A stretch of DNA of 35,569 nt from a virus (lineage: Duplodnaviria; Caudoviricetes). A model generated the notes under the pieces. The model had not been told where the DNA came from, searched no databases, and worked only from the letters and a program-made list of their open reading frames with translations. Location of the stretch: the IMG/VR virus record IMGVR_UViG_3300040971_000062, positions 1 to 35,569 of that record; one strand, written 5' to 3'. Within the stretch, counting starts at the first letter, position 1. Each line of letters begins with the position of its first letter. The translations under genes were made by a program, and so were the position numbers. Positions 16,999 to 27,100 of this stretch are shown piece after piece.

Positions 16999-18527
16999 AC
17001 TCTTTTTTCGTTTTTGTGTCTTTTACCTACTTCAATTGCTCCTGCTATTAATGAGCTTATTTTGGCCTGAAGTATCCAGTAACCGCCTTCAACACTGTCG
17101 GGCCCATCGGCGGGAGCTGGTAAGCCTGGCTGCACCAATTTAAACTGCTCTTCAAGGCGCTGCATGTGCGGATTATCGCGCTCACGCTCATTCATTATAA
17201 GCCGCCCTGCCCTGTTCAGCGGCTCAAGGTTTCCCTCAATGCGGCTGAACTTGTCGGGCTTCTTACGATCGTCGGGCGATATTGGTATAACTACGCCTTT
17301 TTGTTTGGCCGCATCCACAAACAAAGGGATAAACACCTGCTCATAGAAAGGGTCCTGAAGGCTGTTATTTTCGATGTAATAATACACCTGAGCTCTGCCT
17401 TTGCCGGCATAGTCGTGTATCATGTAATACCAGTCAACATACTGGCTGTTTGTAACCGACTCAAGAAAGCAAGTAATTACATACAGGTTGCCGTCGAGCA
17501 TACCCAGCAGTGTAATGGTTTTGTTTGGCTTAAGTCCTTTTTTGCTTGTTTTGTTTGATGGAGCCGGGTCGCCATAAGCAACCAGAATGCTAAACTTTGA
17601 AAGTGTGGGCACTGGCCCCCAGCGGAGTTCTTTAAAGGTAGTACCCTCTGAAATAGGATTATTGTAATACTCCTGCTGTGAGCTTTTAGTACTGACTGTA
17701 GATAAAACCCTGTCAATTTGCTCCTCAGAGTTTTTCTCAGGCCAGCTTGATACTCCGTTTTTATCGCGGATGTTTACCACATCCCAGTTATCGGCCTTAG
17801 CGCCTGCCCTGGTTATGCAACAATCGCGTGCAATTATGTTTCCGCAAAATACAAGCAGTAAAGGATTACTGATTGATCGGGTTGGAATAAGCGCTTGCTC
17901 AATCCACTCCCAGCGCTTTTGAATAATGTCCGGGTTCAGGCAGTCCTGATCGGTATCAATATCATCAATAAGAATGGAGTCAGGCCTTGCGGCTTCGTTT
18001 CGGCTACCGCGGGGGCTTTGCCCTGCACCCAAAGCCCTGAAGCTTACACTTTTCTTTGTGGTAAAGTCGCCTTCATTCCAACTGCCTGGATTCTTTTGCT
18101 GACCATAGTAATACTCAATGCGCTGATTGTCTTCAAAATTAATCCTGTAAGGTTCAAGCAGCCTGTTAGCATTGTCATATGAATTACTTACAAGAATAAC
18201 ATTCTTTTTCTTGCCTGTCAGAGCAAGGTACATCATAGCCATCATTACAACCGTTGACTTAGCCAACTCGCGTGACCAACTGAGAACTTCATAATTCTCA
18301 GGGTTGTTAATTATGCGATTGATTGCCTTTATATGGAACCTGGCAAATGGAGCTGTGCAATAGTTTGGGAACATTTCGCGCATCCACTCAGCCGGATTGG
18401 CTTCAAGCTCCTGGCGCTTCCGCTCCCTTTCAGCAAACGAAAGAGTCTTATCTACCGTTGTAGAAGCTTTTAGGTTCTTACGGTAGTCATCCCATTGATT
18501 TGCTGCTTTTTTCTCCTCAGCTTTCAT
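16995..18527 (-). CDS. Terminase large subunit
   Basis: WSRELAKS Walker A variant, GQSPRG, RPDSILIDDID, YGDPA nuclease motif, K..RIE..LEP, DGPD. Confidence 0.88.
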   Translation of the reverse strand: MKAEEKKAANQWDDYRKNLKASTTVDKTLSFAERERKRQELEANPAEWMREMFPNYCTAPFARFHIKAINRIINNPENYEVLSWSRELAKSTVVMMAMMYLALTGKKKNVILVSNSYDNANRLLEPYRINFEDNQRIEYYYGQQKNPGSWNEGDFTTKKSVSFRALGAGQSPRGSRNEAARPDSILIDDIDTDQDCLNPDIIQKRWEWIEQALIPTRSISNPLLLVFCGNIIARDCCITRAGAKADNWDVVNIRDKNGVSSWPEKNSEEQIDRVLSTVSTKSSQQEYYNNPISEGTTFKELRWGPVPTLSKFSILVAYGDPAPSNKTSKKGLKPNKTITLLGMLDGNLYVITCFLESVTNSQYVDWYYMIHDYAGKGRAQVYYYIENNSLQDPFYEQVFIPLFVDAAKQKGVVIPISPDDRKKPDKFSRIEGNLEPLNRAGRLIMNERERDNPHMQRLEEQFKLVQPGLPAPADGPDSVEGGYWILQAKISSLIAGAIEVGKRHKNEKRV

Positions 18528-18976
18528 CGTAACTGCTCTTTTATAAAGGCATCAAAGTAATCGCTGATCTCCTGGGCGCGCTTCAGGTCAACCTTGCGAA
18601 GCCATTCCAGAAACTTAACCGATACATCAACGATATCTTTAATGCCGCACTCAACCTCAAGAGAGGCCAAATCGGCAACCAGCTTACGCCTTACATCGGC
18701 ATCGCGGCTTGATGGGTAACGAAAACCCTCTGGCTGGTTTGAAATAGCTTTGTCGAGCTCAGTAAGTTGTATAATAGTTGACATCATACGCTCTTCACGT
18801 GTAACTGAAAGATTAAGCTTTAAGCCCTCCCAGTTATCCTTTTTAGCCCACTTACTTACAGTAACCTCCGAAACACCAACCCTTACGGCTATCTCTTTTT
18901 GAGTGATGCGCTCTTTGGTGTATAGCAGCTTGGCGTAATCGCGCAACTGCTGAAGCTTTGCTTTTGTCTGTCCCAT
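18524..18976 (-). CDS. Terminase small subunit-like HTH protein (DUF1804-like)
   Basis: TQKEIA.RVGVSE.TVSKW....W HTH, upstream of the large subunit. Confidence 0.75.
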   Translation of the reverse strand: MGQTKAKLQQLRDYAKLLYTKERITQKEIAVRVGVSEVTVSKWAKKDNWEGLKLNLSVTREERMMSTIIQLTELDKAISNQPEGFRYPSSRDADVRRKLVADLASLEVECGIKDIVDVSVKFLEWLRKVDLKRAQEISDYFDAFIKEQLR

Positions 18977-19366
18977 TTACTTAAATGTAAAGTAATTCAA
19001 AGGGTCAATCCATACCCCGTTAAACTGCACAGTAAAATGAAGGTGAGGCCCTGTACTTGCGCCGCTGTTACCACTGTTGGCAATATGTTGCCCTGCAAGT
19101 ACTTTATCACCATTCTTTACTAATCTTTTTTGCAAGTGTGCAAACCCAAAGCGCACACCGTTTTCATCAACCATTGCCAGGCAAACACCACCACGCTCAT
19201 GATCCCAGGCGGCATTAACTGTACCGTTTGCAGGTGCAACTATCCTGGTTCCTATAGCAGCTGCTATATCAACCCCGTTATGAAAGCTTGTTACCTTTTT
19301 AACAGGGTGCAGCCTATTGCCGAATTTAGACGTGATTCTTCCGGTAATCGGATTTGTGTAGGTCAT
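18977..19366 (-). CDS. M23 family peptidase (candidate endolysin)
   Basis: FHNGVDIAA, FAHL, GNSGASTGPHLHF. Confidence 0.9.
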   Translation of the reverse strand: MTYTNPITGRITSKFGNRLHPVKKVTSFHNGVDIAAAIGTRIVAPANGTVNAAWDHERGGVCLAMVDENGVRFGFAHLQKRLVKNGDKVLAGQHIANSGNSGASTGPHLHFTVQFNGVWIDPLNYFTFK

Positions 19367-19521
19367 ACAATTTGATTAGAAACATGGCGAAATTAAGTTA
19401 GAATATGCGCTCATAAAAATAACTGTTCAACCCTTGTACACTTATTTGCGTGAAGTTAGAATGTGATTCATCTTTGTTGCCTTGAACCTCGTATTTGATT
19501 AGTTTTTAATCACACCTTTTT

Positions 19522-20607
19522 ATGTTTCGCATTCAGCAGCAACCCGACAAAATGATAATCACCGCTTACGGCAGCGTTGGCGGTTGGATTGATCACTACA
19601 GCATGAGCACAGTGTTTGCCGAGGCAACCCGTGCCGGGCTCAAACGCATTGATTTGCATATGCACACCACGGGAGGCAGTGTGTTTGAAGGTAACTTGCT
19701 TTATAACCTTATCCAGGGATTTGCAGGCGAAGTACACATTTATGTTGACGGAATTGCCGCCAGCATGGGTGCGCTGCTTGCCATTGCCGGATTTCGGCTC
19801 TATATGGCTGAGAATGCTTTTTTAATGCTTCACCCGCCAAAGGGCAATGTCTTTGGAACAGCTAAGGACCTGCTCAACGGTGCAAAGATGCTGCGAAGCA
19901 TGGAAAGCAACTTTGTGGCTAAGGTTGCAGCAAAGCTTAAGAAAACAGAAAAGGCAGTTGCGGCAGAGTATTTCGACGGAGGAGATCACTGGATAGATGC
20001 CGAGGAGGCAGTTACCCTGGGATTGGCCGTTGATAAGTTTACAGCCATCAAAGGTGAGATTAAGTACAGCAAAGACGAGGCCGTTAAAATAGGGCTCGAA
20101 AGCCTTTATTCACAATACACAGCAAATTTGACAACCCAAAAACCATCAGCAAAAATGAAAGAGATTTTGATGAAATTGCAGCTGGGCGAAACCGCTCAGG
20201 AAACCGAGGCAGTTGCAGCAATTCAGGCTATTGAGGCGAGAGCCACAACAGCTGAGCAGCAGCTCAAAGTTTACCAGGATGCCGAAAAGGCAGCCATGAA
20301 GGCAGAGGCAGCCAGCCTTATTGCTACAGCACAAACCGATCAGCGCATCGAAGCTTCAGGAGTTCCCGCATGGGAATCAGCTTTTGAAAAAGATCATGCC
20401 GGCGCAAAAGCTATGCTTGCCGCAATTCCAAAACGCGTTACTGCTGAGCAGGTAATTGGCGCAGGAGCAGCAGCCGATGAACAAACAGCAAAAATGAGCT
20501 GGGATGAGCTTGATAAATCGGGTAAGCTTGCCGATATCAAAACAAAGAACCCTGATCTCTACAAAGAGAAATTCAAAGCAAAATTCGGTAAGGAGCCCAA
20601 AGCCTAA
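19522..20607 (+). CDS. ClpP-like head maturation protease with C-terminal scaffold region
   Basis: GGSVFEG, DGIAASMG (catalytic Ser), LMLHPP, W..AEEA..LGL; Ala-rich C-terminus. Confidence 0.85.
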   Translation: MFRIQQQPDKMIITAYGSVGGWIDHYSMSTVFAEATRAGLKRIDLHMHTTGGSVFEGNLLYNLIQGFAGEVHIYVDGIAASMGALLAIAGFRLYMAENAFLMLHPPKGNVFGTAKDLLNGAKMLRSMESNFVAKVAAKLKKTEKAVAAEYFDGGDHWIDAEEAVTLGLAVDKFTAIKGEIKYSKDEAVKIGLESLYSQYTANLTTQKPSAKMKEILMKLQLGETAQETEAVAAIQAIEARATTAEQQLKVYQDAEKAAMKAEAASLIATAQTDQRIEASGVPAWESAFEKDHAGAKAMLAAIPKRVTAEQVIGAGAAADEQTAKMSWDELDKSGKLADIKTKNPDLYKEKFKAKFGKEPKA

Positions 20608-20669
20608 GCCGTTTTATAATTCAAGTTCAATTTAATTCAAACCAAAGTTCAATTTTCAAAAACACCAAA

Positions 20670-21743
20670 ATGAAACCATTGAAAACCATTGCAATCATGT
20701 TTAACCTGCTGGTCATGTCATTGATCAGTTCGGTTGTGGGGGCTCCTACCCTTGTAGCAGTTGCGCTCGGCCTTGTTATCGGCCTTGTGCCTGGATTACC
20801 AAAGGGAGCATTCGGTATGGCTCTGCAAAAAGAAATCTGGGAGACAGATATTGTTGGCGGCTTATTTGCTGATAATAGTTTCTTGAGTAAAGCTTATAAT
20901 GCAGATCAGTATGTATTGGCCGGTAAAGTCGTACACATTCCACAGGCGGGCTCTCCAAGTTCAGTTACTAAAAACAGGACATCTTTACCTGCAACTGTAA
21001 CAAAAAGAACGGATTCAGAGTTGACTTATTCGCTTGCCGAATTTACCACAGACCCCCGACTTATTCCGGATGCTGATAAAGTGGAGCTTTCATACGATAA
21101 GCGGCAGTCAGTAATTAGTGAGGATAAAGCGGCATTGGTTCAGGCTATTGCTAAAGAATTCGTGTACATGTGGAGTCCTACACTTGCAACATCTATTTTA
21201 CGCACTACAGGCGGATCAGTTGATGCACACCTTGCCGATGCAACCGGATTGCGCAAAGCAATTACTTTGGCTAATGTAAATGCAGCTGCCTCCCTGATGA
21301 ATGCCCGTGATATTCCGCAAGAAGGCCGTTATGCTTTGATTGATTCAATCATGTACGATCAACTTATAGCCGAAATGAGCGGAAACCAACAGCGCGATTT
21401 CCTTGCAGGGCTTGATCCTCTGAGAGGCGTGATTGGTAAATACGGTGGGTTTGACTTCTATATGAGGAGTTCAGCAGCTCGTTATGATAATGCTTCAACT
21501 CCTGTTCCTGTAGCTCCTGAAACGGCAGCAGCAGCAACCGATAATGCAGCTGGATTATTCTGGCAAATAAATTCGGTAGAGCGCGCAATGGGTGAAGTAA
21601 AGGCATTTGACAACCCTGGTGATGCTACCTACTACGGAGATATACTTTCATTCCTTTGCCGTGCAGGCGGAAGGAAACGCAGAGCAGATCAGTTTGGTAT
21701 AGTTGCAGTTGTACAGGCAGCAGCTGAGCCAGTAAGCGAATAA
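20670..21743 (+). CDS. Major capsid protein
   Basis: Follows the protease; EIW...I...LF....FL, VHIPQAG, ELSYDKR.S motifs recalled from Bacteroidota phage capsids; hydrophobic ~45-aa leader. Confidence 0.75.
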   Translation: MKPLKTIAIMFNLLVMSLISSVVGAPTLVAVALGLVIGLVPGLPKGAFGMALQKEIWETDIVGGLFADNSFLSKAYNADQYVLAGKVVHIPQAGSPSSVTKNRTSLPATVTKRTDSELTYSLAEFTTDPRLIPDADKVELSYDKRQSVISEDKAALVQAIAKEFVYMWSPTLATSILRTTGGSVDAHLADATGLRKAITLANVNAAASLMNARDIPQEGRYALIDSIMYDQLIAEMSGNQQRDFLAGLDPLRGVIGKYGGFDFYMRSSAARYDNASTPVPVAPETAAAATDNAAGLFWQINSVERAMGEVKAFDNPGDATYYGDILSFLCRAGGRKRRADQFGIVAVVQAAAEPVSE

Positions 21744-21762
21744 TTAAGATATAGCCAAAAAA

Positions 21763-21802
21763 GGCCGGGGGGGCCGTCAAAGGATAGCGGCTCCCCATTT
21801 TT
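21763..21802 (+). terminator. Intrinsic terminator after capsid gene
   Basis: GGGGGGCCG...CGGCTCCCC stem followed by ATTTTT. Confidence 0.6.
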
Positions 21803-21826
21803 AAAAACCTCTTAATAAGCGCTTAA

Positions 21827-22198
21827 ATGTCTGTACTTGAAATCATTCTTGCAATTACCAACGTAGCTTTTGGCGGCGGGTTCTTCTTTCAACTTGTAAC
21901 TTTACGTCAAATGCGCAATGAGGCTGACACCAGGGTTGATAAAGGCAATGTTGAGCTTGCATCAACATCAGTATCAGAGATGCTCAGATCAGTTAATTCG
22001 CTGATGCAGCAGAATAGAGAGCTGATTGAAATCAAGCTTAAGGCAGATGACGAAAATGAGAATCTCAAAAAGAAAGTTGACGGGCTTATTCGCCGGGTTG
22101 ACAAAATGCAGAGAGCCGTTAAAGAAGTTCTAACGGCACTTGAGAAACTCAATGTTGATGACGAACTTTTGAAACCACTTCGCGAGCAAGTTATATGA
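21827..22198 (+). CDS. Holin-like protein (N-terminal TM plus coiled coil)
   Basis: Hydrophobic N-terminus with GGG, coiled-coil tail; lysis-type position. Confidence 0.5.
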   Translation: MSVLEIILAITNVAFGGGFFFQLVTLRQMRNEADTRVDKGNVELASTSVSEMLRSVNSLMQQNRELIEIKLKADDENENLKKKVDGLIRRVDKMQRAVKEVLTALEKLNVDDELLKPLREQVI

Positions 22199-22683
22199 AA
22201 CACCTGGCATTGATACTTATTACCCTGAGCCTTGCAGCTTGCAAGCCTCAAAGGCTCATTACCGAAGTGCCTGTACGCTCTGCAACAGAGATTACAGCGA
22301 GGCCGGTAAACGTATCAATACCACAGGATCATGCAAGCCTGGGCGCGTTATTTACCTGCGATAGTAACAACCGTGTAATTATGAATGATTACCGGGAGCT
22401 TTACTCAGAATACATGAATCTGCAAACCAGGTTCACCAGCACACCCGATGGGGGCATGAGTGTAGAAGTAAGTGCACGCACAATGCGACCTGACACTGTA
22501 ATTATAGTTAACGATACCACGGTTTTCACTGAGGTCCCGGTTATTACTCCGGTTGAAGTTCCAGTAAAATTACCATTCACCAGGCTTGAAAAGGCCTTAT
22601 TCGGCAGCGGAGTCATATTGTGGCTGCTGTCGCTTTACAAAATATTTACATTTTTCAAATTTAAAAACCCATTTTCAAAATGA
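22195..22683 (+). CDS. Lipoprotein with C-terminal TM, unimolecular-spanin architecture
   Basis: LSLAAC lipobox and C-terminal ALFGSGVILWLLSLY helix. Confidence 0.55.
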   Translation: MKHLALILITLSLAACKPQRLITEVPVRSATEITARPVNVSIPQDHASLGALFTCDSNNRVIMNDYRELYSEYMNLQTRFTSTPDGGMSVEVSARTMRPDTVIIVNDTTVFTEVPVITPVEVPVKLPFTRLEKALFGSGVILWLLSLYKIFTFFKFKNPFSK

Positions 22684-23201
22684 GCGAAATCAGATTAAAA
22701 GGACTTGCCGGAATCGATATGGCTGATATCCCTGTTGGGGGAGGAGTGCCACTTGACGCAGCCTGGACAAGTGTGGGTGTAACCTATCGCGATGAGGCCA
22801 GCCTCACCGAAGAGGACCCCACAGTTACCGAACATTTTTCAAATGAAAACGACGATCCTGAAGAGTCAGACATGGCGTCAGGTAAACGTACCCTTGCCTT
22901 TACCCTTATTGATTTTACACCGGCAACCCTGGTTAAATTTGTAGGTGGTGAAACATCCGGAACAGGCGACACCCTGGCATGGAACGCCCCAGCGCAGAAA
23001 GCAAAAATTGAAAAGGCTTTCCGCCTTCGCAGCAAGAATGGTCATTACATTACCCTGCCCCGCGTATCATTCACATCAAAGCTTGATTACAACCTTGCAC
23101 CTTCGGGAATTGCAAAAGTGCTGATTACCGGCACAGTAATGAGCCCTGGTGATACCGATGTATCAAGCATCATAAAGGGTATTACCCCGGTTGAAGATTA
23201 A
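22680..23201 (+). CDS. Major tail tube protein
   Basis: 173 aa, beta-rich, upstream of chaperone and tape measure. Confidence 0.65.
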   Translation: MSEIRLKGLAGIDMADIPVGGGVPLDAAWTSVGVTYRDEASLTEEDPTVTEHFSNENDDPEESDMASGKRTLAFTLIDFTPATLVKFVGGETSGTGDTLAWNAPAQKAKIEKAFRLRSKNGHYITLPRVSFTSKLDYNLAPSGIAKVLITGTVMSPGDTDVSSIIKGITPVED

Positions 23202-23662
23202 TGACTGAAGAGCTAAGAGCGGCGCAATCACTATTAAAACGGGGCATAAGGTACAATGTGCCCGCCCCGTTTTTTTTAAGCCTTTTGGGCTTTAGGCATG
23301 TGAGCATTACCATTACCCAGCTTTGCGCAGGCACTGAGTTAAAAATGGCCGCTATCATCGCAGAAAAAAGCCTTACTGAAGAAAAAATTAAAACATCCGA
23401 TCCTGGTAAACTCATGCTTGAACACTACACCGACATATTGAAACTCGTTGCAATTGCCAGCCTCAACAGGCGGTATATTTCACGTTTGCGGCTGTGGTTC
23501 AGAATGTATCTGCTCAGGTCAATAAGTGCCTGGCAATTGCTTGAGCTTTACACAATGATCAGGCAGTTTTCGGGTACAACGTCTTTTATCAATATTACCA
23601 GATTAGCGGTAGCGACGAGGATAACAGCTCCGAATCTGGGGCAGATGGCGACGGGGAGTTAA
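23201..23662 (+). CDS. Tail assembly chaperone (gpG-like)
   Basis: Between tube and tape measure, with an overlapping -1 frame extension. Confidence 0.6.
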   Translation: MTEELRAAQSLLKRGIRYNVPAPFFLSLLGFRHVSITITQLCAGTELKMAAIIAEKSLTEEKIKTSDPGKLMLEHYTDILKLVAIASLNRRYISRLRLWFRMYLLRSISAWQLLELYTMIRQFSGTTSFINITRLAVATRITAPNLGQMATGS

Positions 23663-23868
23663 AAGGTTATTTTGATGGCCTTCATAGCCCTTTCGGATTT
23701 ATATGGGCAGTACAAGAGAAAACAGGTTGGACGGATGATTACATACTTTGGGGCATTAGCCTGGCGAGCTTAAGGGTGCGCATGGCCGATGGCTTGAAAT
23801 ACAAAAAAGGCTCAAGGCCTAAAGAGTACGAAAACTGGGATGAAATAACTTTAAGGTGCGACCGATGA
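23581..23868 (+). CDS. gpGT-like -1 frame extension of tail chaperone (not in ORF track)
   Basis: -1 frame reads VFYQYYQISGSDEDNSSESGADGDGELKGYFDGLHSPFGFIWAVQEKTGWTDDYILWGISLASLRVRMADG...CDR*, with no own start near its beginning. Confidence 0.6.
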   Translation, partial: VFYQYYQISGSDEDNSSESGADGDGELKGYFDGLHSPFGFIWAVQEKTGWTDDYILWGISLASLRVRMADGLKYKKGSRPKEYENWDEITLRCDR

Positions 23869-24137
23869 CACAGGATGTTTTAGACAAAGGGCTTGAAATG
23901 CAGCGCGAGATTGCTCAGCGCATGGCTCAGCTTGATAAATGCAAGAAAGCATTTGAGCAGCTTTCAGTATCAAATGAGAACGCACGCACATTCATCACAA
24001 TAAGCAATCCCGGTAATTCAACAAGCAGCATAAAAGTTGACCGCCAACTTTACCCTGAAGCTGAATTCATTCTTGAATACATCAAGCGGCTCGAAACCTA
24101 CATTGCAAACCTTAACGCAGAATTTGAAGCATTATGA
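23865..24137 (+). CDS. Hypothetical protein between chaperone and tape measure
   Basis: ATGA overlaps at both ends (23865 and 24134). Confidence 0.6.
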   Translation: MTQDVLDKGLEMQREIAQRMAQLDKCKKAFEQLSVSNENARTFITISNPGNSTSSIKVDRQLYPEAEFILEYIKRLETYIANLNAEFEAL

Positions 24138-27100
24138 GCGATCGCCTCGGCCCCGTAGAAGTTGAATTTACCATACCTGATTCATTCGGGCGTGAGGCTG
24201 ATGCTGCCGTTAAGTCAATGAGCAGGCTTACCACTGCTGCCACAAAAATGCCACAGGAAGCAAAAGCGGCAGTTCTTGAGCAGCAGAATATAGTTAAGTC
24301 AATTGAAGCCGATATCAAGCAGCTTGAAAAATCGCTTAAAACCATTTCGCCAGGCAAAGCACGTCAGGAAATAGTTCAGGAGCTTTCAGCAGCTAAACGA
24401 GCACTTGAAGAGGAGAAAGTAGGCCTTACACAGCTTGAAGGTGCAGCCGATAAAGCAGCTGCCGGAAATAAGCGCTTATCGTTTCAGCTCCGCGATATGC
24501 AGGAGCAATTAATAAGAATGAGGCAGGCAGGTCAGCAAAGCACAGATGAGTACCGCAAAATGGAACTTGCAGCAGCTGCCCTTGCAGATGAGATTGCCGA
24601 TGTAAAACAAGTTACCCGTCAGCTTGCAAATGACCAGGCAACATTCCAGGGCTTTGCCCAGGGAATTACCGGGCTTACCGGCGCATTCTCGGCGGCAGGC
24701 GGTGCGGTTGCATTGTTCGCCGGCGAAAATGCCAACCTACAAAAGATACAAACAAAGGTTCAGGGCTTGATGGCTATCACCATCGGCCTGCAACAGGTAA
24801 GCACTACCCTTAATAAGGATAGCGCTTTTATGACTGTTACCGTAGCCCGCGCAAAGCAGTTATGGGCGGCAGCTGAAGGAAAGCTTACACTTGCATTATG
24901 GGGCAGTAATGCAGCCGCAAAGGCACTTATGGCAACCATGACCCTGGGCGTTGCAATTGCAATACCGGCGCTCATTGCATTATATAACAGGCTTGTTGAC
25001 AGGCAAGAGGCAGCAGTAAAGGCACAGAAGGAAGCAAAGCGAATTACAACCGAATCAAACATAGAGGCAGGCAAAGCCCGTATTGAAATTGATCAGATGA
25101 TCCGCAAGCTTGAGAACTTCAGGGGCTCAAAGGAGGCTGAAAAAAAATTACTAGGTGAAGTTAATAAAGCCTATGGTGATACTTTCGGTACTTACAAAAC
25201 ATTAGCCCAGTGGCTTGATGTGCTCAAAGAAAAAGCAGCTCAGTATGTGCAGGTAATGTTTCTGCAAAGCAAAGCAACCAGGCTGGTTGACAAAGCAATT
25301 AAATTCGACACACAGGCTCAGGAATTAGCAGCTCAGCCGCTTACCGATTTTGTGGATATGAATGATGTACAGCAGGCAACTAACATGTTTGGTAAAGTTG
25401 ATGAGGTGAAGCTTAAGCAAATAGCTGAGGAGCGCAAAAACTTGCAGCTATCAAATGCAAATTCGCGTAAGGAATTGGCTCTTAAAGAAGCTGAGCTTAT
25501 TCAAACACAGCTTCAGGAGCTGCAAAACACTGCCGGCATCAATGTAAACTTTGACAGCGATCAAAAAGAAACTGAAAAACAAACCTATTCACAAAAGCTT
25601 GCCGAGGTTAAAAAGTTCTTTGAACTCTATAAAAATGCAATTGAAATGGGGCAGAAAGAAGCCGCCGCAATATTTCAAAAGCAATTGCCCAAAGCAGCTT
25701 CCTATGAGGAGTATATTACCCAGGAACTTGCAAAGGCAAATAAGGCCGGAGACCTTGAAAAGGTTTCGGTACTTATTCCTGAAAAGAATGAAGTTTCAAG
25801 CGGTTTTAAAGACCTTTTGAAGCAATATCAAAGCTTCAGCGATCAGCGTGCAGCTATTGAAGAAAAGTACAATGCCGATATCGAAAAGCTTACAAAAGCC
25901 GGTTTTGTCGAAAAAGCACAGATTGCAGCTGAGGCACGCGATATGGAGCTGAAGGCGCTTGATGAGGAGCAGCCACTTTCAAAGCTGCTTGAAAAGTACC
26001 GCGATTACCGGGCTAAGATTCAAAAGATCACAATTGATAGCCAGAAAGAGATTGACACGCTCAGGGCTGCCGGTTACGAAAGCGAAGCCAAAGAGGCAGA
26101 ATTGAAACGTGACCAGGATATTAGTAAGCTTATCATTGAAAATGAATTCAACCAGTACGAGCGCATCAGTGAGATGGGCCGCAAAGAGCTACGCGAGTTT
26201 ATTGAGAAAGTAGGCACAAAGATTCAGCTAATGAAGGCTGAGGGCAAGAATGTTGAAGCGCTTGAAGAGGTTTACAACAAAGCCCAGAAAGCATTAACAG
26301 GCGCCGATAACTCAGGCGATTCATTCAGAACCGTTGCTTTTTTGCTTAATAATATGTCATCGGCAGCCGGTCAGGTAAATAATGAGCTGGGGCGCATGGT
26401 AAACCTTGCCGGTAACCTTGCCGGTGGTTTTGGTGATGCACTTGACGGGCTAAAGGCAGGCGGCAAAGATGCAATTGCCAGCTTTGGCTCAATAGTAAGC
26501 ATTATGGCTACCATTGCCGATGAGCTTGATAAGCAGTTTGGCAGGCAGAAAAGAATTGCCGACATAGAGCAGGAAAGGCAGCAATACAATGATCGTTTAC
26601 GTAACCTTATAGATAATACTACCGAGGCACTTGAACGTCAGATTAAAGCTTTAAATAAGCTCAATACCGATGGTAAGCCAGAGGCTTATCTGAAAACACT
26701 TGAAATGATTGAGGCAAGCATTCAGGTTACCCGCACTCAACTTGAAGGTATGCAATTTGAATTTCTTCCGGGTCCTGATGAGCTCAACCAAAGTATTAAT
26801 CTGGATTTATTAAGATCAGTTACAAACGCCGCCAGTGATGCTGAGGCAATTCGCATTGCAATGGCCGAGGGTTGGATTAGCAGCGATCAGGCCGCTATTG
26901 CTCTTGAATACCTTGCCACACTTGAGCAGCTTGGAGATCAGGCCGACGAGCTCAGTAATGAGCGCATTGAGTTTCTTGTACAAACAAATGCAATCAACCT
27001 ATCAAACGAACTTGCCGATACAATTGTAAACGCATTCAACGAAGGTGAAAGCGCTGCAATGGCATGGGGCAAGGTTACTGATCAGGTGATGGCTAACGCA

